From the NCBI GenBank assembly GCA_963703315.1, contig OY969811.1, positions 2,464,001-2,528,000 on the forward strand: DNA of 64,000 bases, in the 5' to 3' direction. Below the pieces are notes generated by a model that was given only the letters and a program-made list of their open reading frames with translations, was not told where the DNA came from and made no database searches. Of this stretch, positions 8,278 through 17,145 are shown piece after piece (position 1 is the first letter of the stretch; every line of letters starts with the position of its first letter). The translations under genes and the position numbers were made by a program. The stretch is from an uncultured cyanobacterium. Its GTDB lineage: Bacteria > Cyanobacteriota > Cyanobacteriia > Pseudanabaenales > Pseudanabaenaceae.

Positions 8278-11200
8278 TCATTCGTTTTTCTTAACCCGTT
8301 TTTTCTTCTCGACTTTGAGCAATGGCGCACTTAGGGCTTCATAGAGGCTAAATAAATACTCGATGCGGTTTAGTTCGCTAACAAAGGGCTGGGGACGATA
8401 GCAAAGGTCTACGGCTTTGTCTAGGGTTTGATGTGCTTTTACCAAGTCGGGCGGCATGGTAAGAGGATCATAAAGATCGGCGAGGCTGGATCTGACCTCC
8501 CCCTGCCCCTCCTTGCAAGGAGGGGAGTTAGACTCTAGCTCTTGTCTTCCGCTTAGCGAAAGTTTTTCTTGTTCCCCTCCTTGCAAGGAGGGGCTAGGGG
8601 AGGTGTATTTCTCGCGCACCGCCAAAACCAACCGCGCCGCATCTTCCACTTTTTGTTTTTGTTTGTCGCTTGCGTTTTCAGGGAATGGATAGTTGTTGTA
8701 AACGATAGTATTGGAATAGCGAAAACGACTTTCTAATCTTCCACAAACGTACTTAACCCAAGTCATGTGCATTTCAGAAGTGAGAACACCAAATAGATAA
8801 AAGCTAGAATCAGCAATAAAAGAGCAAAGATTGCTTGGCACTATAGTCTTATCAATAAATCCAAAAGGTACATATTTCCTATTCTCTGATGAAACTAATG
8901 GGACGATAATTGCGGAATCTGGATTATGCTTATCTCTGAAAGTTGTAGGATAGTCGGCTAAAAAGCGAGCTTGCTTATCAGGGCTTGCTAATCGTAGCTG
9001 TCTTACATTTTCAATCCTCTTCATCACCAAAGGCATTTTCTTTAATTCCTGTGGCTGTGCGTTAACTAGCCAAAGACACCATCGACTTTTGCCGTTGATA
9101 AACTCTTCTGAACCAATGAATTGCTTAAAATACTTAGCTGATAAAGGCTCTTCTTGAATAAATTGATATTTCTCTTGATCGGTAAAAATCAAGTTTCCAC
9201 CATCTATAGCCTTATTCCCAGCTAACATTGATGGGACATTACAAATCGGCTTAGTTCTTTTCAAAATCACTAAATCATTACCTTCAGTTAGATATGGATT
9301 AATATTTCTAACCTTTCTCTGTGTGGGTTCACCCTTAATATTTAGATAATCAAAGATTCTCTTATTTTCAACATCCTGCAAACCGAAGCCAATAATTACA
9401 CAATGCACAGCAGCATTAGCTTTAGCTTCATTACTCCAACTAAAAGTACGATGAGCAAAATGAATTTTAATCTTGTATTTATTGTAAAGCTCTTGCCAGA
9501 GAATCCCAACTTGTTCACCTTGAGAAATAGAACTCGTACTAACAAAAGCACATTTGACCTCCCCTAGCCCCTCCTTGGAAGGAGGGGAACAAGAATTTAG
9601 ATATTGAGCAGCTTTCAAGTACCAAGCGCAAACATAATCTAGTACACCAGCCCCATTTACCCCAGCAAAAATCATCTCCATATCTGACTTTTGCTCAACA
9701 CTTTGCAGATGCTTCCCTACAAAAGGCGGATTACCCAAAATATAATCAAATAATCCCCCACGTAACTCTTTCTCTTGTCCCCCTCCTTCCAAGGAGGGGC
9801 TAGGGGAGGTTCTTAAATGTTCCCTAATATCCTCCAGCACCCCATCTAAATTCTCGAAAATTAAATTGTTGGCATATCGCAAAACCGTAATCCCAACACC
9901 GCACAAAAATTCATCTCTAATCGCATCATATTCTTGACCCTCCTTCGTAAAATGTTGCCCGCCATCCAACTCGATCGCTAAATTAGCACTCGGACAAAAG
10001 AAATCCAAAATGTAATTACCAATCGAATGCTGTCTTCTAAACTTAAATCCATGCAATTGTTTGCCCTGCAATGCTTTCCACAAAGCCACCTCCGCAGGAG
10101 TTGCATTATTTCGCAACTCTCGTCGAAAATCTTTCTTACTTGCAAGATTACTAATCGCCTTATAAGGAACTTGATCGCCTAAATCTTCTTTTCCTCCTTT
10201 CAAGGAGGGGCTAGGGGAGGTCATACCCCTTTCTCCTTTCAAAGAAAAACTAGAAGAAGTTGTAGAGAACTTTGGAACCACCCCTAACCCCTCCTTTGAA
10301 GGAGGGGAACAAGATCTCCAATCAATCCGCAACGAATTACCATGCACAATCTTCGCCGACTTCTTCAACGGCAACCGCACAAAATACTGCCCAAACTCAT
10401 TACTCACCTTCACATTCATCTGATGGTCGATCAACCACATCGCCACCTCAGCAACCCGCACCGCAAACTCATCATACTCAATCCCCGCAAACTGATCCAC
10501 ATCCACCTGAATAAACAACCGCACATCCAGAAAACTCTTGTGCTTTCTGTACAACTCCTTTAAAATTTCAAGCTCTAAATCTCGCAACTCCCGATAAGTA
10601 ATAATCAAGAAATTGCCACAACCACAAGCAGGATCGAGAAAATGCAAATTTGCAATCTTTTCATGTAACTCCTCTAGCTTGCCCTTACTCCCCTTCGCTT
10701 TCTCAAACTCAACATACAAATCATCCAAAAAAAGCGGTCTAATCAACTTTTGAATATTCTTCTCAGAAGTATAATGCGCCCCCAAATTTCGCCGTTCCGT
10801 CTGATTCATCACCGCCTGAAACATCGACCCAAAAATTGCAGGCGAAATCTTACCCCAATCAAACGCACAAGCTTTTAACAATATTTCACGCATCCCACTG
10901 TCAAACGACGCAGGCTGCAAAGGCTCCGCAAATAGCTTCCCATTCACATAGGGAAACTGTGTCAGATTCTCATCTAAATTTTTTAATCGCCGATCAGGTG
11001 GCGTATTCAATACATGAAAAATCGAAGCAATATGCATCGCCAAATCGCTACCATCTTCCTTAGTATGGCGATCGACATATTCCCAGAAAATCCCCTTATT
11101 AAAAATGCTCGTATCATCGGCAAACAGACAAAATAACAGCCGTACCAGATAGACCTCTAAATCATGCCCACTATAGCCAATCTCCTTGAGGCGATCGTGC

Positions 11201-11700
11201 AGTTCCCCCATCAATTCCGCAGCTTTAATATTGACAGGATCTTCATCCTTATAAACCCGTTTCTCATATCCCGCCATAAAGCCGAATAGATGCACATGGT
11301 CTACAAAACCCTTTAGCTCAAACTCTTTAGTCTCATCCGTATCCAAATCATAGAGTCTGAATTTCTGAAAATCCGACACCAAAATATACTTGGGTAACTC
11401 ATGCTCCTTTAAATTAGGGAAATAATCCTTAGCCTGTTGTGTCGCCTTGTCCAAGTCCTTGCCCCTAGACTTATGCTCCACCAAAATCGTCCCCTTCCAC
11501 AGCAAATCAATAAACCCCTGTTTGTTATCCGCCTTTTTAATCGGTAGCTCAAAACTCCCCACCCGCCGCCGTGAAATGCCAAACACATTAAAAAAATCAT
11601 TCCAAAAAGATTGAGACTCTGACTTCTCTGAAGTTTCACTTTCCCACTCCTTAGAAAAGGCGATCGCTCTTTGCTTAATCTCATTCCAACTTAGCGGCAT
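8278..11700 (-). CDS. MmeI-like type IIL restriction-modification enzyme (endonuclease + N6-adenine MTase + specificity domain) with in-frame insertions
   Basis: N-terminus MPLSWNEIKQRAIAF...GFIDLLWKGTILVEHKSRGKDL resembles MmeI; GAHYTSEKNI, motif I LDPACGCGNFL, motif IV GNPPF, C-terminal SLADLYDPLTMPPDLVKAHQTLDKAVD. Confidence 0.92.
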   Translation of the reverse strand: MPLSWNEIKQRAIAFSKEWESETSEKSESQSFWNDFFNVFGISRRRVGSFELPIKKADNKQGFIDLLWKGTILVEHKSRGKDLDKATQQAKDYFPNLKEHELPKYILVSDFQKFRLYDLDTDETKEFELKGFVDHVHLFGFMAGYEKRVYKDEDPVNIKAAELMGELHDRLKEIGYSGHDLEVYLVRLLFCLFADDTSIFNKGIFWEYVDRHTKEDGSDLAMHIASIFHVLNTPPDRRLKNLDENLTQFPYVNGKLFAEPLQPASFDSGMREILLKACAFDWGKISPAIFGSMFQAVMNQTERRNLGAHYTSEKNIQKLIRPLFLDDLYVEFEKAKGSKGKLEELHEKIANLHFLDPACGCGNFLIITYRELRDLELEILKELYRKHKSFLDVRLFIQVDVDQFAGIEYDEFAVRVAEVAMWLIDHQMNVKVSNEFGQYFVRLPLKKSAKIVHGNSLRIDWRSCSPPSKEGLGVVPKFSTTSSSFSLKGERGMTSPSPSLKGGKEDLGDQVPYKAISNLASKKDFRRELRNNATPAEVALWKALQGKQLHGFKFRRQHSIGNYILDFFCPSANLAIELDGGQHFTKEGQEYDAIRDEFLCGVGITVLRYANNLIFENLDGVLEDIREHLRTSPSPSLEGGGQEKELRGGLFDYILGNPPFVGKHLQSVEQKSDMEMIFAGVNGAGVLDYVCAWYLKAAQYLNSCSPPSKEGLGEVKCAFVSTSSISQGEQVGILWQELYNKYKIKIHFAHRTFSWSNEAKANAAVHCVIIGFGLQDVENKRIFDYLNIKGEPTQRKVRNINPYLTEGNDLVILKRTKPICNVPSMLAGNKAIDGGNLIFTDQEKYQFIQEEPLSAKYFKQFIGSEEFINGKSRWCLWLVNAQPQELKKMPLVMKRIENVRQLRLASPDKQARFLADYPTTFRDKHNPDSAIIVPLVSSENRKYVPFGFIDKTIVPSNLCSFIADSSFYLFGVLTSEMHMTWVKYVCGRLESRFRYSNTIVYNNYPFPENASDKQKQKVEDAARLVLAVREKYTSPSPSLQGGEQEKLSLSGRQELESNSPPCKEGQGEVRSSLADLYDPLTMPPDLVKAHQTLDKAVDLCYRPQPFVSELNRIEYLFSLYEALSAPLLKVEKKKRVKKNE
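8495..8604. repeat. Inverted pair of 38-bp palindromic repeats, in frame in the RM gene
   Basis: ACCTCCCCCTGCCCCTCCTTGCAAGGAGGGGAGTTAGA (8495-8532) and TCTTGTTCCCCTCCTTGCAAGGAGGGGCTAGGGGAGGT (8567-8604). Confidence 0.9.
9557..9594 (+). repeat. 38-bp palindromic repeat, single in-frame copy
   Basis: ACCTCCCCTAGCCCCTCCTTGGAAGGAGGGGAACAAGA; encodes SCSPPSKEGLGEV on the coding strand. Confidence 0.9.
9773..10314 (-). mobile_element. Repeat-flanked DUF559 (Vsr-like) endonuclease cassette inserted in frame in the MTase domain
   Basis: RRELRNNATPAEVALWKALQGKQLHGFKFRRQHSIGNYILDFFCPSANLAIELDGGQH...DAIRDEFLCGVGITVLRYAN is a typical DUF559 domain. Repeat copies lie at 9773-9810, 10191-10221, 10230-10260 (degenerate) and 10277-10314. 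The block sits between LRIDW and FDYILGNPPF. Mobility is inferred. Confidence 0.7.
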
Positions 11701-11913
11701 ATCTGAAAATGTTACGGCATAATTTTAGTTAATATTTACACTAACATTTATTTCGTAAACTTATCTATAATTAACTTTAGGAAAGGAAACAATAGGAAAA
11801 TTGCGATCGCCTTCGTTCTTTAATCTCTGATAAAAAACAAGAATTTGAAAAATCTCTCTCTATTTAATCCAGAGTAAAATCGTCTTAACCTATTCAACAA
11901 GGAATATCTAAAT

Positions 11914-12141
11914 ATGCTACTACAACGCATCACCATAGACTGGAATATCTGTCATGGTAAACCCTGCATCAGAGGTTTGCGATATCCAGTCGAGATGATC
12001 TTAGAACTCCTCAGTTCAGGCATGACCACCGAAGAAATACTAGAAGACTATGAAGATCTAGAGCGAGATGATATTTTTGCAGTCCTAGCCTATGCCACAA
12101 AACTTAGCCAAGTAAAAAGCATCCACAAGGTTCTCGCATGA
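11914..12141 (+). CDS. DUF433 family putative antitoxin
   Basis: 75 aa; ICHGKPCIRGLRYPVEMILELLSSGMTTEEILEDYEDL; ATGA overlap with the next gene. Confidence 0.88.
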   Translation: MLLQRITIDWNICHGKPCIRGLRYPVEMILELLSSGMTTEEILEDYEDLERDDIFAVLAYATKLSQVKSIHKVLA

Positions 12142-12491
12142 AATTTCTCATTGATGCTCAATTACCCGTGCGATTATCCCATCTTTTAAAATCAATGGGA
12201 CATGATGCAATCCATACCAAAGAATTAGCCCTCAAAAATGCCACACCAGACACGGAAATTAATACACTCTCAATTTGTGAACAGAGAATTGTCATTACCA
12301 AAGATTCTGATTTTTGGGATTCTTTTTATGTTAGTCAAGAACCTTATAAACTTCTGCTAGTGACCACAGGAAATATTAGCAACAAAGAATTAGAATCTTT
12401 GTTTGTTAAAAATTTAGAACAATTAGTTAATTTGCTAGAGCAACATTATTTGATTGAAATGTCACGAGATTCAGTCATCGTTCATCAGTAA
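12138..12491 (+). CDS. DUF5615 family PIN-like protein (putative toxin)
   Basis: 117 aa; MKFLIDAQLP, GHDAIH, RIVITKDSDF. Confidence 0.86.
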   Translation: MKFLIDAQLPVRLSHLLKSMGHDAIHTKELALKNATPDTEINTLSICEQRIVITKDSDFWDSFYVSQEPYKLLLVTTGNISNKELESLFVKNLEQLVNLLEQHYLIEMSRDSVIVHQ

Positions 12492-12597
12492 ATCGATAAC
12501 ATGTATCAAATAAGTAGTAAATACATAGCGGTTGACTAATTTCTCTGATTTCTAGCAAAAACAAAAATTTGAAAACACTTTAAGGAGATAAACAACC

Positions 12598-12819
12598 ATG
12601 CTCAAAAGTTATGAAGCGACCTATGAAAATGGACAAATTAAATGGCTTTCCGAACAGCCAGAAATTACCTCAGCACGAATTATCGTAACCATCCTCGAAG
12701 AAACTAAACCCCAAATAAAACACCGTTTTCCCATCCCTGACATGGCTGGTAAAGGCAGAACATTAGGTGATATCGTCAGTCCCATTGTTGATGAAGAGGA
12801 TTGGGAATGTCTGAAATAA
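12598..12819 (+). CDS. Small putative antitoxin (AF2212/DUF104-like N-terminus)
   Basis: 73 aa; MLKSYEATYENGQIKWL...LGDIVSPIVDEEDW; RBS AAGGAG upstream; overlaps the start of a PIN gene. Confidence 0.7.
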   Translation: MLKSYEATYENGQIKWLSEQPEITSARIIVTILEETKPQIKHRFPIPDMAGKGRTLGDIVSPIVDEEDWECLK

Positions 12820-13315
12820 TTGTACTCGATACCCATATTTGGTTTTGGCTAATCAACTCAGACTTTGATCGATTTCCCACATCTTGGCTAGAGCGCTTTG
12901 AGTTAGCCGAGATATTAGCGATATCTCCTCTATTTGGTTTTGGCTAATCAACTCAGACTTTGATCGATTTCCCACATCTTGGCTAGAGCGCTTTGAGTTA
13001 GCCGAGATATTAGCGGTATCTCCTCTATCTTGCTATGAGATTGCCTTAGCCCAAAGTCGAGGTAGATTAGAACTAACCTGTTCATCCGAAGAGTGGTTTA
13101 GCAGAGCATTAGCGCCTGCCAAAATTGAACTATTTCCACTAACTCCCGCAATTACAGTCAGAGCCGTAAACCTATCACCCATCCACAAAGATCCCTTCGA
13201 TCGCCTAATCATTGCCACTGCCTTAGAATATGGCGCAAAACTTGCCAGTGTTGACAGCCTATTTTCTAAATATCCTGAATTAGAAAATCATCTCATCGTA
13301 TCGTCCATAGGATAA
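12807..13315 (+). pseudogene. VapC-type PIN toxin frameshifted by a 95-bp tandem duplication
   Basis: MSEIIVLDTHIWFWL... stops at TAA 12945-12947. Removing one 95-bp copy restores a 137-aa PIN protein with SCYEIA, HKDPFDRLIIATA and LASVD. Confidence 0.88.
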
Positions 13316-13371
13316 TGATAGGCAGCGCGGAGTGTCACCTATTATTTAAAGAACTTGGGAGATGAGGATCG

Positions 13372-14073
13372 GTGTTAGATATTAATAATCTTAGTGTTAA
13401 CTATGGCGGCATTCAGGCTCTACAGGAAATCAATTTGACTGTTAATGAGGGTGAAATCGTCACTTTAATTGGGGCAAATGGTGCAGGTAAAACGACCACT
13501 TTACGCACTATTTCACAATTGGTATCGCCGCGATCGGGACAAATTATTTATAACGGCAAAAATGTTACAAACTTGCGACCAGATCAAATAGTGCAAGCTG
13601 GTATTGCTCATAGTCCAGAGGGGCGGAGAGTCTTAGCAAGACAAACAGTGTTAGATAATTTGGAACTCGGTGCTTTTTTACGCAGCGATCGCTGGGGAAT
13701 TAAAGCCGATATTGAAAAGCAATTTCAGATTTTTCCGCGCCTCGGTGAGCGTCGCGATCAACTAGCAGGAACTCTAAGCGGCGGTGAACAGCAAATGCTC
13801 GCGATCGCCCGTGCCGTCATGAGTCGCCCCAAATTATTATTGCTTGATGAGCCAAGCTTAGGCTTAGCACCGCAAATCGTCAGAGAAATTTTTAAAACTA
13901 TTGTGAATCTCAATCAATCTGGAGTCACGATTTTATTAGTTGAGCAGAATGCCACCTTAGCTTTACAGCACGCTAATCGTGGTTACGTGATGGAGTCTGG
14001 AGTTGTCACCATTGAGGGGCAAGCATCGGACTTACTAGTTGATGAAAGAGTCCGTCAAGCCTATTTAGGATAA
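13372..14073 (+). CDS. livF: Branched-chain amino acid ABC transporter ATP-binding protein (LivF-like)
   Basis: GANGAGKTT, PEGRRV, LSGGEQQMLAIARA, LLLLDEPSLGLAP. Confidence 0.88.
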   Translation: MLDINNLSVNYGGIQALQEINLTVNEGEIVTLIGANGAGKTTTLRTISQLVSPRSGQIIYNGKNVTNLRPDQIVQAGIAHSPEGRRVLARQTVLDNLELGAFLRSDRWGIKADIEKQFQIFPRLGERRDQLAGTLSGGEQQMLAIARAVMSRPKLLLLDEPSLGLAPQIVREIFKTIVNLNQSGVTILLVEQNATLALQHANRGYVMESGVVTIEGQASDLLVDERVRQAYLG

Positions 14074-14169
14074 ATGGCTCTTTAAAGAAAACTTTTCTCG
14101 AATTTACGTTTTAACCAACACTTTTAGCGCACAATTTTAAAAGATACCTAGCGCGTCACATTGTTCCGT

Positions 14170-15264
14170 ATGATTGATACCCTCAATAAACTTCCTCGTT
14201 GGTTTTCAATTGGCTTAACTTTTCCATTGATTTTCCTCAACGGCTGGTTACTGCTAATACTCTGCCGAGAATTGCAACCATTAATCAGTATCCTCATTAC
14301 AGCAACAATTATTTCGTTTTTGCTAGATTATCCAATCCGCTTTCTCAACCAATTGGGTGTAAAGCGTGGTATTGCCGCAGGATTGGTAATTCTTATATTT
14401 TTCATGCTGTTGGGGACATTAGCGATTTTTCTTGTGCCTTTAATTTTGGCACAGGCAAATGAACTCCTTGTACGCTTGCCTGACTGGATTAAGTCTGGTC
14501 AAGAACAACTGCAAATTTTTGAAACTTGGGCGATCGCTCAGCAATTACCGATCGATATTAGTAGCACCTTTAATCAACTCATCGAAAAACTCACAGGAGT
14601 CCTACGATCGCTCACTAGTCAACTTTTTGGCATCGTATTTGGGGCGATCGGCAGTCTTGTCAATGTATTTTTGACCTTAGTATTTTCCATTTTTCTAGTC
14701 TTAAATGGCGAATATCTTTGGAATGGTTTCTTAAGTTGGTTGCCGCAGAAATGGAATGAGCAGGTTCGCCATTTACTTCCCCGCAATTTTGAGCGCTTTA
14801 TCGTTGGACAAGTGACACTGGCAACGATTCTGGGCATTTCTCAAACTACAGCCCTGTTGATTTTAGGTGTTCCCCTCGCTCAACTTTTTGGCTTTGGGAT
14901 TGGTATTGCGAGTTTGATTCCCCTTGGTGGCTCTACATCGATTATTACCATCAGCCTCTTACTAGCCTTACAAAACTTTTGGTTAGGGGTGAAGGTGCTA
15001 ATGGTAGCAGTAGCAGTCATTCAAGTAGTGGAGAATGTACTTGGTCCTCGCATTGTCGGTGGACTGACGGGGGTAAATCCTGTCTGGATGCTAATTTCTC
15101 TGGATATTGGCTTTAAGTTAAATGGAGTTTTAGGTTTATTAGTTGCCGTACCGATCGCAGGTTTTATCAAAGGTACTTTTGATACAATTCGCGGTGTGAA
15201 TAAACAGGCAGAAACACCACCTGAAGCGATCGCTGAAGTCCATACTGAAGTATCGATTAAATAA
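14170..15264 (+). CDS. AI-2E family transporter
   Basis: Multi-TM protein; FLLDYPI, ENVLGPRIVGGLTGVNP, GLLVAVPIAG. ATG at 14170 preferred over TTG at 14161. Confidence 0.85.
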   Translation: MIDTLNKLPRWFSIGLTFPLIFLNGWLLLILCRELQPLISILITATIISFLLDYPIRFLNQLGVKRGIAAGLVILIFFMLLGTLAIFLVPLILAQANELLVRLPDWIKSGQEQLQIFETWAIAQQLPIDISSTFNQLIEKLTGVLRSLTSQLFGIVFGAIGSLVNVFLTLVFSIFLVLNGEYLWNGFLSWLPQKWNEQVRHLLPRNFERFIVGQVTLATILGISQTTALLILGVPLAQLFGFGIGIASLIPLGGSTSIITISLLLALQNFWLGVKVLMVAVAVIQVVENVLGPRIVGGLTGVNPVWMLISLDIGFKLNGVLGLLVAVPIAGFIKGTFDTIRGVNKQAETPPEAIAEVHTEVSIK

Positions 15265-15302
15265 TCGATTAAATAAATGATGTGCTACAAAAATCTCTTG
15301 TC

Positions 15303-16058
15303 TTAGGCGATCGCAATTCCCGACCATTGTATTTGTGGCGCTCTGGGATGTGGATGCGGATTTCTGAGAGAATAGCGCCGATAGGAAAAGAAGATTTCCT
15401 CATGCTGCAAAGTGCAGTAAGGGGCGATCGCCACATTTTCTGGAGATATCCCCAATTCCTGTAGCTGTTGTAATTGGACTTGGCGCAAATCCAGTTTGAC
15501 TCTTTCGGGATGCTCATCGGGATGTAAACCCACTGATTGACTGATAGTTGCGGTTACCTGCTGGGCAACATCTTGCGATACTTGATAGGCTTTGCCTGAA
15601 ATCGCAGGACCAAGCGCCACTCGTAAATCTTTTAACTCACTACCCTGATCGCATAATGTCGCGATCGCCTTAGTGACGATTCCTGATGCCGTACCCCGCC
15701 AACCTGCATGGACAGCCGCCACTGAGCCTAACTTGCGATCGCCAATCAATACAGGCACACAATCGGCAGTACAGACCCAAACCGAACGGCTACTATTATT
15801 CTGGTGGTCTTTGGTTGCCCATACACCATCAGCTTCGGGTAAGGGTTTGTTAGTATCGGTGGCAATTTCATCGGCATGGACTAAGCGATTACCATGTACC
15901 TGCTTGACACGATAGGCTTTGCCAGAATTAGCAAGTTGATGATGCAGATCGGTTGGTAGTTTAGGAGCGTGCGATCGCGTAAAAAATCCATGTTGCCAGT
16001 CAGCCAATAGCTCACACGTTAGGACACCATTTCGCCATTGCCATTGATTTGCATTCAT
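15303..16058 (-). CDS. pgeF: Peptidoglycan editing factor PgeF (YfiH family)
   Basis: HGFFTR, QVHG, TADCVPVL, HAGWRG, FFSYRR. Confidence 0.92.
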   Translation of the reverse strand: MNANQWQWRNGVLTCELLADWQHGFFTRSHAPKLPTDLHHQLANSGKAYRVKQVHGNRLVHADEIATDTNKPLPEADGVWATKDHQNNSSRSVWVCTADCVPVLIGDRKLGSVAAVHAGWRGTASGIVTKAIATLCDQGSELKDLRVALGPAISGKAYQVSQDVAQQVTATISQSVGLHPDEHPERVKLDLRQVQLQQLQELGISPENVAIAPYCTLQHEEIFFSYRRYSLRNPHPHPRAPQIQWSGIAIA

Positions 16059-16118
16059 TGATTTAGAGTCTTGAAATTAATGATTATTCAATAGCTTTGA
16101 TCCTAACTCAAAAAAAAG

Positions 16119-16163
16119 AAGTATGAAAAGTTGCGGCGCAAAGTGGCTCAACTTTTCATACTT
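16119..16163. repeat. Intergenic hairpin of the GCGGCGC-apex family; probable terminator
   Basis: AAGTATGAAAAGTTG...CAACTTTTCATACTT just downstream of the carbonic anhydrase gene. Confidence 0.65.
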
Positions 16164-16169
16164 ACTCAG

Positions 16170-16946
16170 TCAACGATGTAACTGTACAGTTCTTGCATTA
16201 ATGGGCTGAAGAGGACGTGCATCAACTTGATAGATTTTGGCAAATGTTTCAATCTGTTCCTCAGAAGCAGTAATTGGTTCTACAAATAGATTCCATTTCA
16301 CACCTTCGCTGCATGGTGGAGTCGTCAAAGACCCACTGTAGCTATAGTAAGCTTTATTATTAGGTAAAAAACCAGATGCATTAATCAGGTGATCGCTCAC
16401 TTTGTTAGTGACTCCAACATCAGGAATCTGCTTCCAGATCTCCTCAATTAATAGATTCTTTTGACCTTCGTTGATCAGGACTCCTACGACTGCAAGTTTT
16501 CCTGCGGCATTACTATGCACTAAATGGAGTTCCAATGCAGAAGCTTTGTCGTTGATTTGATGTTCGCTCGGAGTATGAAAATGGAACTGAACTAATGAAT
16601 ACTCCTCACCATTAATACTTACTGTACTACCTTGCTCATAGTTCACTTGAATAGTATGACCATTATTGACAATATTTAGAGGCGAAGGTTTGTAGTCAAA
16701 GGTAATGTTTGCAGGAGCGCCTTGCACTGCATTTTTTATATCGATCGGCGATTGATTTTTACCTAATTCACACTGGGCAAAATCCTTGGTGAGCTTCCCC
16801 CATTGAGTAGGATTTTCTGCACCTCCATAGCTCCAATGAGTAGTCCCTGAAGCGGCTAAAACAGGTATTGACAGGAATAATGTTGCCATAACAATTATTA
16901 GTACTAATCCTATCTTCTTAAAAAGACTGTGATTGAGTGTATTCAT
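16170..16946 (-). CDS. Alpha-class carbonic anhydrase, probably exported (EcaA-like)
   Basis: Signal-peptide-like N-terminus; HWSYGG, QSPIDI, NNGHTIQV, QFHFHTPSEH, ELHLVH, YSGSLTTPPCSEGVKW. ATG at 16946 preferred as start. Confidence 0.92.
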   Translation of the reverse strand: MNTLNHSLFKKIGLVLIIVMATLFLSIPVLAASGTTHWSYGGAENPTQWGKLTKDFAQCELGKNQSPIDIKNAVQGAPANITFDYKPSPLNIVNNGHTIQVNYEQGSTVSINGEEYSLVQFHFHTPSEHQINDKASALELHLVHSNAAGKLAVVGVLINEGQKNLLIEEIWKQIPDVGVTNKVSDHLINASGFLPNNKAYYSYSGSLTTPPCSEGVKWNLFVEPITASEEQIETFAKIYQVDARPLQPINARTVQLHR

Positions 16947-17089
16947 ATAAGTATTCAATCCTTCCCTAAATTTAAGTAAATATACAGCACTTTGTAATTT
17001 GCTTAGGATTTCGTATGAATAATTAAAATTTGCTAGTGTCAAGAATTATTCGCGTTCCAGACGATCCCCATGTAAATACTGTCTTTTTG

Positions 17090-17141
17090 GATATTAAAAA
17101 AAGAAATGACGTGCTTGCACGTCATTTCTTTTTTTAATATC
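17090..17141. terminator. Long hairpin, probable terminator
   Basis: GATATTAAAAAAAGAAATGACGTGC-TT-GCACGTCATTTCTTTTTTTAATATC directly after the FHA-domain gene stop. Confidence 0.7.
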
Positions 17142-17145
17142 AAGA

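Noticed and set aside
10191..10260. Diversity-generating retroelement TR/VR pair
   Set aside because: The repeat is short, the intact copy has G where the decayed copy has A (not adenine-specific randomisation), and no reverse transcriptase is in the window.
9773..10314. Intein in the RM gene
   Set aside because: No C-terminal His-Asn/Cys-Ser-Thr junction or recognisable Hint blocks; the boundaries are DNA repeats instead.
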